Positions 11,570-25,159 of a DNA stretch of 64,000 nucleotides are shown here, piece by piece; position 1 is the first letter of the stretch, and every line of letters begins with the position of its first letter. Under the pieces are notes generated by a model. It did no database searches and had not been told where the DNA came from. It worked only from the letters and a program-made list of their open reading frames with translations. A program made the translations under genes and the position numbers. The stretch comes from Octopus sinensis (lineage: Eukaryota), in assembly GCF_006345805.1 (NCBI RefSeq), contig NW_021833695.1, forward strand, positions 1-64,000. Direction: 5' to 3'.

Positions 11570-12392
11570 AGTTGTTCGACTCACTATCTCTCCTTTTTCC
11601 ATTAACAGACAAAGGCTGTTCTTCCTCTCATTGGCTCCCTCGTTGACAATATGGAGCATCAGTTTGGCAATAACCAAAGCTCCGCCTACTAAACATTGAC
11701 GTAAACCGAAGGGCAACAGATCCGGCCTATGCGATGGGCGGGGTTCACTGACCACCCCACTTTGCCGATTGCCTGATTTGTCGTCAAAGATGTCTGTGGT
11801 AACACATTGTCATTGTTAATGTGAATCGTTTTCAGATTCTTGTTCGGTCACTTCATTCTAATGGATTCTATAAGCTTTCTGGTTGTCTCAATATACCACT
11901 AGCTGCTACTGATATAGCCATTCTTCAGGAAATCAAGGATCAAGGAAAATGATGCCCTTGTAAGCCTCCAAAGCAATCACTTCGACATTTGCGCCGCTTG
12001 CAGGCTCTTGAGGTTTACCTCTATTCCATGGACCGAGGTTTCGTTTCATGATCATAAAAATCCAACCACGTTTCATCCCTTAAAACACTTCCAGCAGGTA
12101 CATGAACGTTTTCTCCCTTTTCTGTTTTGAATCGGGTGTCAAGTACCGAGGTACCCAATTTGCACGCATTTTCTCGTGCCCAAAGTCTTCCCCCTTCTTC
12201 GGTAACGGATTCTGGCCATTGTTCAGTTGTGAAAAAAGCTCGCGGATTGTGACTCGTCTGTCCAAACGAATCAGATCGTCCAGTCGGTGGTCATTCATTG
12301 TCAACGGTAGCAGTTGATGGTTCCCAACTGCGTAGTTTGTGGTCATTCATTGTCAACGGTAGCAGTTGATAGTTCCCAACTGCGTAGTTTGT
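11570..12392 (-). pseudogene. Decayed mariner transposase fragment
   Basis: RLDRRVTIRELFSQL...ANWVPRYLT (WVPxxL motif) and a degenerate HPPYSPDL-like SEPRPSHRPDL. A 52-bp tandem duplication lies at 12287-12390. Confidence 0.7.
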
Positions 12393-12394
12393 GT

Positions 12395-12692
12395 AAGTGG
12401 TTAGGGCAGCGGACTCGCAGACGGAGTATCGCGGTTTCCATTCCCAGACCGGGGCGTTGTGTGTGTTTATTGAGCGAAAACACCTAAAGCTCCACGAGGC
12501 TACGGCAGGGGGTGGTGGCGACACCTGTTGTACTCTTTCGCCCCAAATTTCTCTTACTATTTCTTCCTCTATTTCTTGGGTGACGCTGCTATGGACTGGC
12601 GTCCCGTCCAGCTGGGGGGAACACATACGCCACAGAATCCGGGACACCTGGCCCATGAGCCTGGCTAGGCTTGAAAAGGGCGCGTAAATAAA
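12395..12692 (+). mobile_element. Family-D tRNA-derived SINE
   Basis: agtggttagggcagcggactcg...ttgagcgaaaacacct...gctatggactggcgtcccgtccag. Homologous to 34673-34990. Confidence 0.85.
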
Positions 12693-12777
12693 TGTGTAGT
12701 TTATCTTGTGATACTGGTTTTCTCATCTTTAATTGTATACATCCATCTGTCTATATATACCTTATCAATAACGTCAT

Positions 12778-13166
12778 ATCTTTTATCTTTTATCTTTTAT
12801 CTTTCATTTGTTTCAGTCACTTGACTGCGGCCATGCTGGGGCACCGCCTTAAAAGGTTGTAGTCGAAAAATCGACCCTAGGACTTAGTATTTTTTTAACC
12901 ATAGTACTTATAACATCGGTCCTTTTTGCCGAAACGTTAAGGCACGGGGACGTAAAAACACCGGCGGTGGAGGACAAACACAGACATACACGCACATACA
13001 CACACGTATACGTCGGGCTTCTTTCAGTTTCCGTCTACTAAATCCACTCACAGGGCTTTGGTCGGCCCGAGGCTACTGTAGAAGACACTTCCCAAAGGTG
13101 CCACGCAGTAGCACTGAACCGGAAACCATGTGGTCGAAGCAATCTTCTTACCACACAGCCACGCCA
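12778..13166 (-). mobile_element. Family-A SINE
   Basis: Reverse-complement consensus match. Confidence 0.85.
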
Positions 13167-14034
13167 GATTTTTCTGTGGAGATTTAAGAGCATGACCACT
13201 CCTCGTAAAAAACTCAATGCAGGCACATTGCATCAGTTTTCAGACCATTATTTGCCTACAATGAAGATCAGAACAACAAAAACAAAAGACTTATTATAGA
13301 GGGAGAGTGCTCTACCTATAATTACAATTTGAAAAACCTGTCAATTAATGAAATATTTTGCTCACTTTTGCAATACTTTCGGCGCAGACGCGTTCGTTAC
13401 TTTGAATAGATATTAATAATAAATTTTACCTAACATCCCTAACTTAATGAAATACAGGTTTGCGGGAAATGCTTCATATGTTTGGATACATATACTAAAT
13501 ACTATTAATGATAGCTATTACATCCCAGTATTTTCGTCCTACCTATGTACTAATGCATAGCGACATGTCATAGTTAAAATTTACCTCCCACGTTATGCTA
13601 CTGAGGTAGCTAACAATACCCGCATTACGTATTTAGAGATGTTTCAGACACCATTGTAAGTCTTCTTTACGATAAACCCTGCAATGTAGGACATTGTAAT
13701 TCTTCTTTTGTAACAGAACTCCGCAATGAAATTACACGTCATTATACTTTCCGTTCACGATAGATTGTACAATACAACGAAGAAGAACAGGCTTCATGAA
13801 AAGAAAAAGAGTACATGTTGATAATGTTGTTAGTCCTCGATAGATTAGGAGTGAATAAAATAAACGGGGTGGTCATGGCATGATTGAATTTGATGATAGT
13901 GATGCTCGATTTTTACTGAACTAAAGTACATCAGAACCTAAAAGTATGACAAATAACGAAAACAGATTCTATCGCAGCATTAAACAAAGATTTAAAGCAG
14001 AATGCTTTTAACTAACGATTTCATACACACACAC

Positions 14035-14094
<60 letters not shown>

Positions 14095-14097
14095 GTA

Positions 14098-14128
<31 letters not shown>

Positions 14129-14202
14129 GATATATATATGCATATATCAATATATGGATATAATACGATATATATAAAATAAAGGTAAAATCATATACGC
14201 AT

Positions 14203-14267
<65 letters not shown>

Positions 14268-14719
14268 GATATATGATATATATATTAATATATTCCGAAT
14301 ATAGGTATATTTTGTTCAAAAATCAAAAACGAGAGAAAAATATTGAAAAAGCAAAATAAAGATTTACAACAAAGAAATAGGTCGTATCGTATGTCAAAGA
14401 AAAATTTTTCTGTTTTATGCGATTATTTTGGTTTATCGAATAAATTTAGAATTATTAGCTAAGATATTTGTTTGACAAGTAAGAAATTCTGTATTGGCCG
14501 AATCTGTCAAAATGATTTTCTCTAATTGTGTTATACTGTCACACGTCTAAACGACTTCCTCGTTAAATTGCTATAAATATCAAACCGAATCGCGTTTCAT
14601 AATTAGGTTATAAGTGAATTATTATACACTTGGAATGATGGTAATGAAACCGGTGATGGCACTGGTGCGGATGGTGATGGTAGTATTGGTGTAAGTGGTA
14701 GCGATGGTGTTGGCAAGTA

Positions 14720-14782
<63 letters not shown>

Positions 14783-14783
14783 T

Positions 14784-14845
<62 letters not shown>

Positions 14846-15218
14846 GATTAACATAGTATTTGTATGTTGTGTTCAGGTGTATATATATTACACATAGTTA
14901 CACATCTACCTATCTATTTATCAGTCTGTCTGTCTGGCTGTCTGCTTGTCTGTCTGCTTGTCTGTCTGCTTGTCTGTCTGTTTTTCTCTGTCTGTCTATT
15001 CATATGTCTGTTTGCCTGTCTATCTATCTAACTAACTAACTGTCTATTAACCAATGAATATACTATATATAATTGAAGGACTCTTGACGAAATTGCAACG
15101 AAATTGCAATGCATAATTGCATACGGAGCAATGTGCAGCTGCTACATAGAAACATATGTTGGCATTTGTAACATATTTTGGATGTGAATAAATCTCCGGT
15201 CTCTTCTTGGCTTTTAGT

Positions 15219-15277
<59 letters not shown>

Positions 15278-15283
15278 TATATA

Positions 15284-15442
15284 GGAGAGTTTACGAAAAC
15301 AAAGACGAAGACAAGTGGTGTACAAAGCAAACAGATGTTATTAGTATAACGCTCAGGAACAGAAAAATTCTTTTACGTTTCGAGCCTACGCTCTTCTACA
15401 GAAAGGGACACAGGAAAAACAAGGAGAGAAAAAATGTGCGTG
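15284..15442 (-). mobile_element. PLE pseudo-LTR fragment in (TA)n with a minimal HHR (core CUGUAGA)
   Basis: Minus strand CUUU-CUGUAGA-A-GAGC-GUAG-GCUC-GAAA-CG-UA-AAAG (~15370-15405). Homologous to the fragments at 24919, 41869, 45097 and 57057. Confidence 0.7.
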
Positions 15443-15629
15443 TATATATATATATATATATATGTATATGTATGTATATACACATGTAATATGTGTGCGT
15501 GTGAGTGTATGTGTTTAATTATTGAAGCTATTAGCATCAATGTTGTATAGAGCATATAAAAGTTATACGAGTTCAATTTTCATTAGAGTACAATTACTTC
15601 ACTTCACCTAGTTTTAAAAACTAGGGATA

Positions 15630-15955
15630 CGTTTTCTGGGAAAAGAAAATCCGCTTCTTATAAAACGGAAATCTGTCACTTTAGGTCAAAAATGACAACA
15701 GAAGCACATGCCAAAGTTACGTTCCTTGATTTAGAAATGTCGTAAGCGACACACCAAGTAATAATAAGGACAACGACACCAACACAAATAACAATTATAA
15801 TAAACTAATAAAGAAAGAAACTTAAGCACATTTTCTGGAAGTGGAAAACACTTGTCTTATAGAAACAAAAATCTGTAATTTCGGATCACAGACGATGGAA
15901 GAACGAAAACCGAAGTTGCCTCCCTTGTTTTATAAATGTTGCAATCGATACGCCC
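15630..15955. repeat. Diverged tandem duplication (two ~120-bp units, ~200-bp period)
   Basis: ttttctgg..aaaa..tcttata.aa...aaatctgt...aagtt...ccttg.ttta.aaatgt occurs twice. Confidence 0.6.
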
Positions 15956-16642
15956 ACCTTTTAATCAGCACCCAATTTTGAATACGGAAACTCTGTCAGC
16001 GTAAACCGGATCATGGTCAGTTAATATAACATTTTTTCGTCTACTACAAAACGCCTTTTAACTGCAAAACACACAAGAACCTTTTTCTACACAAAAGAAA
16101 CGAAGCAATACATGAATTTTTATTATTATTATTCTCTCCTTCTTACTTATGATATATATGTCAAACTTACCTTATGAATACATACATCAATATATTTTCA
16201 ATTAAACTATAATACGGAAATATTTCTGAAGTCTTATTTTCATACATATGACTACACAGAACAAAATTATTTCCACGTTAGATCAAAAAATCAAATTTGT
16301 TTTAATAAAACAAGTATATATGTTTGAAAAGATATCACGCATTTTGAACCGTTTCTCAGTATTTTTTCTATATAAATGTATGTGTGTAAGAGCGAGTGCA
16401 ACAAACTCTTCCTAAACTGCAAACTCTTAAATAAGTATAACCCTAGCCATAATGTAATTATGATGCCAATGAAGGATAATCATGTAGTACCAACATAATA
16501 TATAGAACAGTAAGATTTGCATTTTAGTAACGTTAAAAAAATTGTTATATATTATATACATCCGGAAGACTGTCACTAACAGGCAGCCCAACGGCTCCAG
16601 GGCTGATGAGGCTCTTCAGTTCTTCAGTTGCTCATCTTAGAA

Positions 16643-16860
16643 GAGGTGGCAAGCTGTCAGAAACGTTAGCACTCCGAGCGAAATGCTTCGCGGTATTTCG
16701 TCTGTCTTTACGTTTTGAGTTCAAATTCCGTCCAGGTCGACTTTGTCTTTCATCCTTTCGGGGTCGACAAATTAAGTACCAGTTGCATACTGAGGTCGAT
16801 CTAATCGACTGGCCCTCTCCCCCAAAATTTCGGGCCTTGTGCCCAGAGTAGAAAAGAATA
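16643..16860 (+). mobile_element. Family-B SINE (alternative tail)
   Basis: Family-B head and core with a ggccttgtgcccagagtagaaaagaata tail. Confidence 0.85.
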
Positions 16861-17445
16861 TCATACAAATCCTGAATCTAGGTAATTATTGGGGTCGTGG
16901 CTGTCGTTGCACCAGACAAATATACAGTTTTGGAGGACGAGAAAGCAGGACTGGATCTGCACATAACATACCCCCAGTAATAACAATAATGGAGCCTCTC
17001 AAAATTGCGCTGGACGCAATTTAATGTCGTAGCTAGGAGAATCTATTTAACCATAGATGGACGCCTGACAGGTACAACCGTTTCGGGCCAGAACGGACCT
17101 GAGAGAATATTATTTAAGTCGTGATTCCACACTCCTCACAACGCTCGAACTTTTGAAATGAAGCATCACCACCGGTTGCACTTCAATGTCGTACTCATAT
17201 TCATACATAAATCCATGCTTACATTCTTGTGTATGCATTAATACAAATAAGAACATTGGAATTGTTCAAGCATAATCAAATTCACAAATGTTAAACCACC
17301 GCACGATGCATTCGAACCCGTTATGATAAGAATAGAAATGGATATAGAATTGGAATCACCTGGAACATTTTTTAAATCACGTTTTAGAACGAAATTATGG
17401 TTTCATTTATTAGTATTAAACAAATTTATTATTCTTAAACAAACA

Positions 17446-17855
17446 GGCGCAGGTGTGGCTGTGTGGTCAGAAGATGCTTCCCAACCACATGGTTCCGGGT
17501 TCAGCCCCACTGCGTGGCACCTTTGGCAGGTGTTTTCTACTATAGTCTCGGGCTGACCAAAACCTTGTGAGTGGATTATTTAGTATTCAGAAACTGAAAG
17601 AAGCCCGTTTTGTGTGTGTGTGTGTGTGTGTACCTTTGTTTCAGTGTTTGTCTTCCCCACCGCCACCATAACTTAACAACCGATGTCCGTGTGTTGCTTA
17701 CGTCCTCGTAACACAGCGGTTCGGCAAAAGATACCGATAAATAAGTACTAGGCTTACAAAATAAATATGTCATGGAGTCGATTCCTTCGACTGAAACCGT
17801 TTGATGCGGTGCTCCAGCATGGCTTCAGTCAAATGGCTGAATCAAATAAAAGATT
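17446..17855 (+). mobile_element. Family-A SINE
   Basis: ggcgcaggtgtggctgtgtggt start and a full body. Confidence 0.85.
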
Positions 17856-18111
17856 CAAGAATATGGTTTCAATCTTTTTTGCTGCGTAGTACAGTTTATC
17901 TCATTGCAACACACTTCATTATAAAGCAAAGATGTTCGTAGCTTTCCACAGACAAATAATCTTATATGAAACAAAAGATCCATACATTAATGTTCTTATA
18001 AATATATTTATTTATTATTGTTAAATAAGAATATTACTGACAGTGACTTCAAAGTTTCGGTTAGCTAAGTCAACGACCGACGACGGTTTAGCTGGCCCGG
18101 GACAGATATCT

Positions 18112-18196
18112 GCAGCTGGCGGGCTTCTGCTACTCTAGACCGATGATGGACAAAGATCCTGAAACATGCGTGTCTCTAGATGCAGGCCTGGCTGCT
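18112..18196 (+). ncRNA. Extended type I hammerhead ribozyme (U4C core variant)
   Basis: Stem I UCUAGA(18134-39)/UCUAGA(18175-80), extended by CUGC/GCAG and GCAGCU/GGCUGC; core CCGAUGA 18140-46; stem II GGA-CAAAGA-UCC; GAAA 18161-64; stem III A-CAUGCGUG-U; predicted cleavage after GUC (18174). Confidence 0.7.
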
Positions 18197-18865
18197 GGGG
18201 GTGTTTGTCTCCCCTTCGTAAATATATAAGGACACAGGAGAAAAAAAAATATGTCGAAGCCATCAGGAAGCGTCGATGCTTCCTAGGACTAAACAGCGGT
18301 GGTGTAATCCCCTACTGTCACGTTAAATTGACAGTATACAACCAAACTATAAAGTCATTATCAATAATATTTTGGTATGAGAATAATAAATATGTACTCT
18401 AAAAAATCATAAGATAACTTTCAAATTAATGTAAGACATTTTTTTTATTATGACTGAACAGAAAAACAAACATTAATATATTATATATGTGTGTATATAT
18501 GTATGTATTCTCTATAAGTGAGTTTTGTTATTGAAACCGACATTTATATATGATGTTTGTGTGAGTGTGTTACTATACACACACACACACACAAACACAC
18601 ATTGAAACAGAGATTGCATAGAAACATTTTATATATAGATGGATATATATATTATGTATACGCAAATATGCATAACTCTACATATGTGCACACACATAGA
18701 TATAGATACACGTAAGTTTACATGCATGAAAACATGTGTGAGGCGTGCTCTGTAAACAAAGCCATATGTAAAACGTCAGAAACCACAGACAGCCAAAAGA
18801 AAATTTACTAAAAATGTTATTTCAAGTTTATAATTTGTTCAATATGCCAAACATTTATCATTGCT

Positions 18866-18917
<52 letters not shown>

Positions 18918-18942
18918 CCATCATCACCATTCAGACAGATAA

Positions 18943-19083
<141 letters not shown>

Positions 19084-19096
19084 TAGATAGATATGT

Positions 19097-19130
<34 letters not shown>

Positions 19131-19379
19131 TATATGCACATAAGAATTAATGAATGTATCCAAGTCTATGTATAATTATGTATATATGTTTGTATGCATC
19201 TACCTATCTATCTATCCATATACTGTACTGTTCATGTTCGCATACGCATACGCACGCACACATATATACACCTACACACACACACACATTTTGTTGAGAT
19301 TGACTTAGAAATATCACCGGTGTTTCGAATTGTCGTCAATTCCTGATTATATTTTGAAATATGAAACATAATAATTGTC

Positions 19380-19580
19380 TCAAGTTTTGGGACAATTCCA
19401 GCAATTCTAGCATAGGACTTTTGTCAATTCACTCTTATCTTCAATGCGAAAATGCCACCTATTACTCCGAAAGGATGAAAGGTAAAGTGAACTCTGGTGG
19501 GATTCGAACTCAGATCGTAGAGCCAAAACAAATTAAGCACCTTTACTGACATGCTAACGAATTTGTCATCTCACCGCCTC
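19380..19580 (-). mobile_element. Diverged family-B SINE
   Basis: ccgaaaggatgaaaggtaaagtgaactctggtgggattcgaactcag block. Confidence 0.6.
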
Positions 19581-19761
19581 GAGAATAAAAATTAATTATA
19601 CCTGAATCTGAAAATTTATTGGCATTATGAGTATTATGCTTATAAAAACAAGACATCCTAAAGGATATATATATATATATATATCGTAAGGGCACACAAG
19701 GTGCCTACCTGCTGGGAAGGGGAGTTAAAAGTCTCTGATAAACCACCAATAATACTGATAT

Positions 19762-20138
19762 GTTTATTAGCCACACAGGGCTGCACAAAGACGGGACAAA
19801 TTACAAGGTAGAGCTTTTCTTTTGGGGATAAAAAAAGGGGGTTTTGTTTTCGATCAAAAAGGATCGTAAAAAGAAAGAAAGAGGAAAGCAAAAAAAAGGG
19901 AGGGGAATAAAATAAAAGGAAAAAAAATCGATCAATAGGGATCGTTATCACAGAAATGTCAATATAAAGTGTAAAGGGGAGGGCAGGTGAGGTTTACCCT
20001 TGGGAATAAAAGCCTACGGAAAAGACCACGGTAACCTCGGTCAATGAAGTCACATGTTATTTATTTATTTTTTTACAAATAAGCAACTCTCTGTATTAAT
20101 TTTTACGGTTCATAGGATCATAGTCAAGGTGGCTTCAC
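19762..20138 (-). mobile_element. 3' end of a LINE (ORF2 end plus 3' UTR; possibly L1/Tx1) whose tail matches family-B SINEs
   Basis: Minus strand ...EATLTMIL* then a pyrimidine-rich UTR ending ccttgtaatttgtcccgtctttgtgcagccctgtgtggctaataaac. Clade assignment is tentative. Confidence 0.55.
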
Positions 20139-20139
20139 T

Positions 20140-20185
<46 letters not shown>

Positions 20186-20610
20186 AACCCTGGAGACTGG
20201 TAGTGTTGGCCTACCTCGTATGAAAAGTAAAATTACGTAAGTTATATGGTATTATCAGGAATAATTTGGTTCTTTGGGGGTAAAGAAAAATCTGATGTTC
20301 TGTCGTTTCTTCGGCAGGAAAGAGACACCAAACGTTTTCTTCATCTCTGAAGCAAGAACTACAGATAGCATGTGTTGATATTCATGTCATGAATATGAAT
20401 ATAATTCGTAGGTGGCGCTAGTGTGTTGCTTCAGTCAATATGCAACTAGGTTGTATGGGAGTTCATGTGTGAGTCACGTGAATGACTGCGTGTGTGTATG
20501 TGAGCATGTATATGTATGTGTGTACGCGCGTGCGTGCGTGTTTGTGTAGTCATGTGATTCGGTAAGCCAATTAGTTTGGTTACATTCTAAAAGTATATGA
20601 AAAGAATCAT

Positions 20611-20672
<62 letters not shown>

Positions 20673-21027
20673 CTTGGGGCACGTGTTTGTGCATACAAGG
20701 TGTATACATTTGTGTGCGCATCAGCGAAATGTATGTCAGAGAGACAGATGAAGCAGATACATAAAGGGAGACGTGTAGAAAGAGAGCAAGAGAGAGAGAA
20801 TGAGAGAGAGAGAGAATGAGAGACAGAGAGTGAGAGACAGAGAGAGAGAAATAACGAGAAAGTTAGAGCGTGCGAACGCATAAATATAAAAAACACATGT
20901 CTTTGCTTTGATTTTCAAACGTACACGCACATCAAACGTGCACACTCTCACACAGGAAAGCGCACATGCATATACGCAAACACACACACACACACCGACA
21001 TGAACACATACACATACGTTTGCATTT

Positions 21028-21074
<47 letters not shown>

Positions 21075-21075
21075 C

Positions 21076-21106
<31 letters not shown>

Positions 21107-22015
21107 ATTGTCTGTACATATATACATAAATACCATCATACATAAACACATAGACATACATACATACATACACACATACATATATACATAAATACACACA
21201 TACATAAACACATAGACATACATACATAAACACATAGACAAACATACATACATACATACATACATACATACATACTATATACATACATACATACATACAT
21301 GCACACATACATACATACATACATACATACAGAAATACATACAGACATACATACATATTCATGTCTGTTTATATTGGTATTGCTTGTTAAGAACACAACA
21401 AAGCAAGGGCTATGTATAGTATTAGATGCAATTCAGCAGAATGGTTAATTTCGATAAAACGAAAACTGCTTGAAAGTCTATGAAAGAAAGGAAAGAAGTG
21501 CACACTCGTTGCTGACATCATATTACTAAAATTATACACGCATACATACACACAGCTATACATATGAATATATAGATGCGTTTATCATGTCACGAACCGT
21601 AGCTGCATTCGAAGAGGACCGACGACAGCGGCTCGATACTGGTATAGAAAGACGTCCACAAGGGAGCCCCTGGCTCGATCCAGTCAACAGAATATCGTTG
21701 GGATGTCTCTGGGCGCCAATGTGCTTCTAGCTTTGCACTGAGGTGTCACATGCGTTGTCTTCAGTAAAGTACACAGACTTTGTCGTCATCGGACACCGAT
21801 AGACTGCCTATCATCATGTGTATGTTAATGCGTGGGTGTGTGTGTATGTGTGTATGTGTGTGTATGTGTGTGTGTGTGTGTGTGCGCACGTGCATGTGTG
21901 TGGATGCATGCGTGTGTCGGATGTATAAGAAGTTAAGGGCCGAAACACTTGCTAGAAGGGGTGGATTCTTTTCTGAAGACCTGTTGTTCAGTGCTCTTGA
22001 GAGTTTCTTACCGCC

Positions 22016-22126
<111 letters not shown>

Positions 22127-22149
22127 AGTATATGTATATATATATATAG

Positions 22150-22180
<31 letters not shown>

Positions 22181-22184
22181 GTAA

Positions 22185-22257
22185 ACAGATAAATTCCTCT
22201 ATTTACATAACATCGAGATATCGTTTATTCTTTTGTTGTCTTAACATTTTTATCAAT
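22185..22257 (+). mobile_element. 3' tip of the PLE pseudo-LTR family seen at 4951-5020, in (TA)n
   Basis: Homologous to the reverse complement of 4951-5024 (acagataaattcctc.attta.ataa.atcgag...catttttatcaat). Confidence 0.75.
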
Positions 22258-23017
22258 ATATATATATATTATATATATATATACTACATACATGCATACA
22301 CCATACATGCTTGTGTGAGTGTGTATGTTTATGAGTGTATGTGCGTACGTGTATCAGTGTGTTTGTGTGTAAGAGTATATAGAGCGATAGATAGGTAGAT
22401 ACACACATGCATACAAGGATAAATAGATGGATGGATCGATCGATCGATGGAGAGATAGATTGATGGTCAGTCGGACAGACGGACAGATAGACAGACAGAC
22501 AGCGATATATGGTGCCGGACGACCTGGATGTTAAGAAGTTCACTTAACATCTAGTTTTCTACTATTAGATTCCAGCCTCGATTCTTCTGTGTACTTACTT
22601 CCAAATGGTTCAAAGGGAGCTTCTTAATCGTGCAGCAATACCTATCACACTCACTTCTTTATATTTCAACTATGTTCATTCTGTATCGTTTTTGCCTATA
22701 ATATGTTTGCTCTGATTGTCCTCAACTGCCAAAATGACCGACTAACGCAAATGAATTATTATCGCTAATTTTATTTTCGTGGTAAACTGTCTAATATCGC
22801 TTATTTATTTATTGAAGCACTTTGCTTCCGCCAATATTTCAACATTGCTTTTGTGCCTCATCAGTTATTGCAATGTTTTTCATTTGTTGGACTTGTATCG
22901 CACAAGACATCGTGGGCGCACGCGCGGCAGTTTGGCCAGAAGTTTATGTATATACATATACATACGCATGTATGTATGTATGTATGTATGTATGTATGTA
23001 TGGTATGTATGTATGTA

Positions 23018-23057
<40 letters not shown>

Positions 23058-23269
23058 ATCTGTCTGTCTGTCTGTCTGTCTGTATGTATGTATGTATGTA
23101 TGTATATGTATGTATTTATTTATGTATTTATGTATGTTTGTTTGTCTTTCTGTATATATATATGTGTGTGTGTGTGTATGTGTGTGAGACTTTTTTCGCT
23201 TTCCTGTCAATCTATGTATATATATCTATGTTATCTCTCTGTCTATATATATGTGGTGACACCCGTTAT

Positions 23270-23631
23270 TGGACAAGCGATTTAATTGAGCAAGGGTTAC
23301 CCAAAAGACTCGACAATGAGAAAGAATTAAAAGTGAAGGCAAACATGAATTGCAAATAAAAAAAAAACTCATCTACTGCTTCACATGCCCACAATGTAAT
23401 TAGCACTATATTGGGGAGACAGGAAGGAAACTGACCAGCGGAGTAAATGTGCATAAACAACAGTCCAGGGATTCATCTTTAAGGAATGTCCCATGCGGTG
23501 TACATCTAGATATCTATGCAAATGTAAAATTTAAAATATTCCCATTTTACAAAATAAACGACGAAAATGTATAACTACGAAAGGCAAAGGAAGAATACTT
23601 TATTAGAATTCTAAATCCAAAATTAAACCGG
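23270..23631 (+). pseudogene. Penelope-like element GIY-YIG endonuclease relic
   Basis: From 23371: IYCFTCPQCN*HYIGETGRKLTSGVNVHKQQ...CGVHLD...KFKIFPFYK...LRKAKEEYFIRILNPKLNR. This gives IY-CxxC-YIG, His residues, a catalytic-type E and a terminal PxLN, with in-frame stops. Confidence 0.85.
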
Positions 23632-23980
23632 AAAAAGCCAACACACCATATAACAAACAATGTTAAAAGAATATTTACGACTAAAACCGTAAGTCAGAAA
23701 ATAAAATGGAAATAATTAATACTACCACTACCACAAAAATAACAACTTCCTCTTCAAGAGCACGTGTGTTTCCAACGGTTAAACGAAGGCGCTCGCACAC
23801 TAGAAAAAACTCCTTCCCAAAAAGGGTTAGTAACATCCTCATAAGAGATTTTATTACATTTTTTAAAAAAATTATTCTTTAAACAATCACCTTTATGCTT
23901 CAAAGCTCTATTGAGTAATTCTCATGGACTTTCAAATATATATATATACGTATGTATGTATATCCATATATGTATATATA

Positions 23981-24222
23981 AATTATTATAAATTATAAAC
24001 ATAATTATAATTAGGGTTTAGCAAAATTGCTTCACCACATACCGAAATTTAGAAACAGTTAAACACTCTTCTACTAGATATCTCTGAAGTTGAGAGTATT
24101 GCTGTCTGGGAGATATCTTATGGTAGTAGAATAGTATTTAACTGCTATTTCTAAATTTCGGTATGTGGTGAAGCAATTTTGCTAAACCCTAATTATAATT
24201 ATGTTTATAATTATAATAATTT
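23981..24222. repeat. Inverted-repeat (fold-back) cassette with ~100-bp arms
   Basis: 23981-24084 and 24110-24222 are reverse complements (ataattataattagggtttagcaaaattgcttcaccacataccgaaatttagaaa). TA-rich flanks; no HHR retained. Confidence 0.85.
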
Positions 24223-24456
24223 TTGTATAAATTTACCGATAATGGTTCTTTTAACATACCGAACTACGTGGTAAGATTATTAATTATAAATTGATTAATT
24301 AATTTTACGCTTCATTATTATTATTATTATTATTATTATATTATTATTATTATTATTAGTAGTAGTAGTAGTAGTAGTAGTAGTATAGTAGTAGTAGTAT
24401 TATATATATATATACATATATATATGTATGTGTGTATGTATGGATATATATATATG

Positions 24457-24527
<71 letters not shown>

Positions 24528-24649
24528 AAAAAATGAAGTTCGAAAATGCTGCTGTATTATACAATTTTTAATTTTTATATATACATTTTAATTTTTATAT
24601 ATACATTATAACATGTTTCAGTTCCTGAATGAACTTTATCAAAACAAGT

Positions 24650-24680
<31 letters not shown>

Positions 24681-24877
24681 TATATATATATTATATATAT
24701 ATATATATCCGTGATATCCAGTTGCTTATCTTTATTTTATTCATCTTGCTTCGAGCTGTGCGGATAATCCCGGACTGACTTGGTGCATTAACTTAAGTAC
24801 CTAATTCAAGTGAATCTCAATTATATATATACATATACATACATACATACATACATACACACACACACGCATATATA

Positions 24878-24918
<41 letters not shown>

Positions 24919-24924
<6 letters not shown>

Positions 24925-25080
24925 AAATTTACGGAAAAGCAAAAGACGAAGACAGATGTATTAGTTTAACGCTCGGGAAGGAGAAAAAATCTTTTACGTT
25001 TCGAGCCTGCGCTCTTCAACAGAAGGGAACACGAGGAAATAAACAGAGAATCAATTAAAAAGCCTTTTAGGGCTAGCGGT
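24919..25080 (-). mobile_element. PLE pseudo-LTR fragment in (TA)n with a minimal HHR (core CUGUUGA)
   Basis: Minus strand CCUU-CUGUUGA-A-GAGC-GCAG-GCUC-GAAA-CG-UA-AAAG (24991-25026). Confidence 0.7.
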
Positions 25081-25159
25081 CAATCAAATTACAGGTGAGG
25101 ATAAAAATATCCAAGATTATACTGGTTAAATACCTAACAATATAGGCACATACATATAC

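Noticed and set aside
12287-12390. Repeats that might suggest a CRISPR array (also 56600-56820)
   Set aside because: These are simple tandem duplications or a degenerate ~21-bp minisatellite without spacers, in a eukaryotic context with no cas genes.
16603-16640. CTGATGA motif
   Set aside because: No GAAA or compatible stems at suitable spacing.
21937-21985. GAAA...CTGAAGA in type II HHR order
   Set aside because: Stems II and III do not pair. At most a decayed pLTR fragment.
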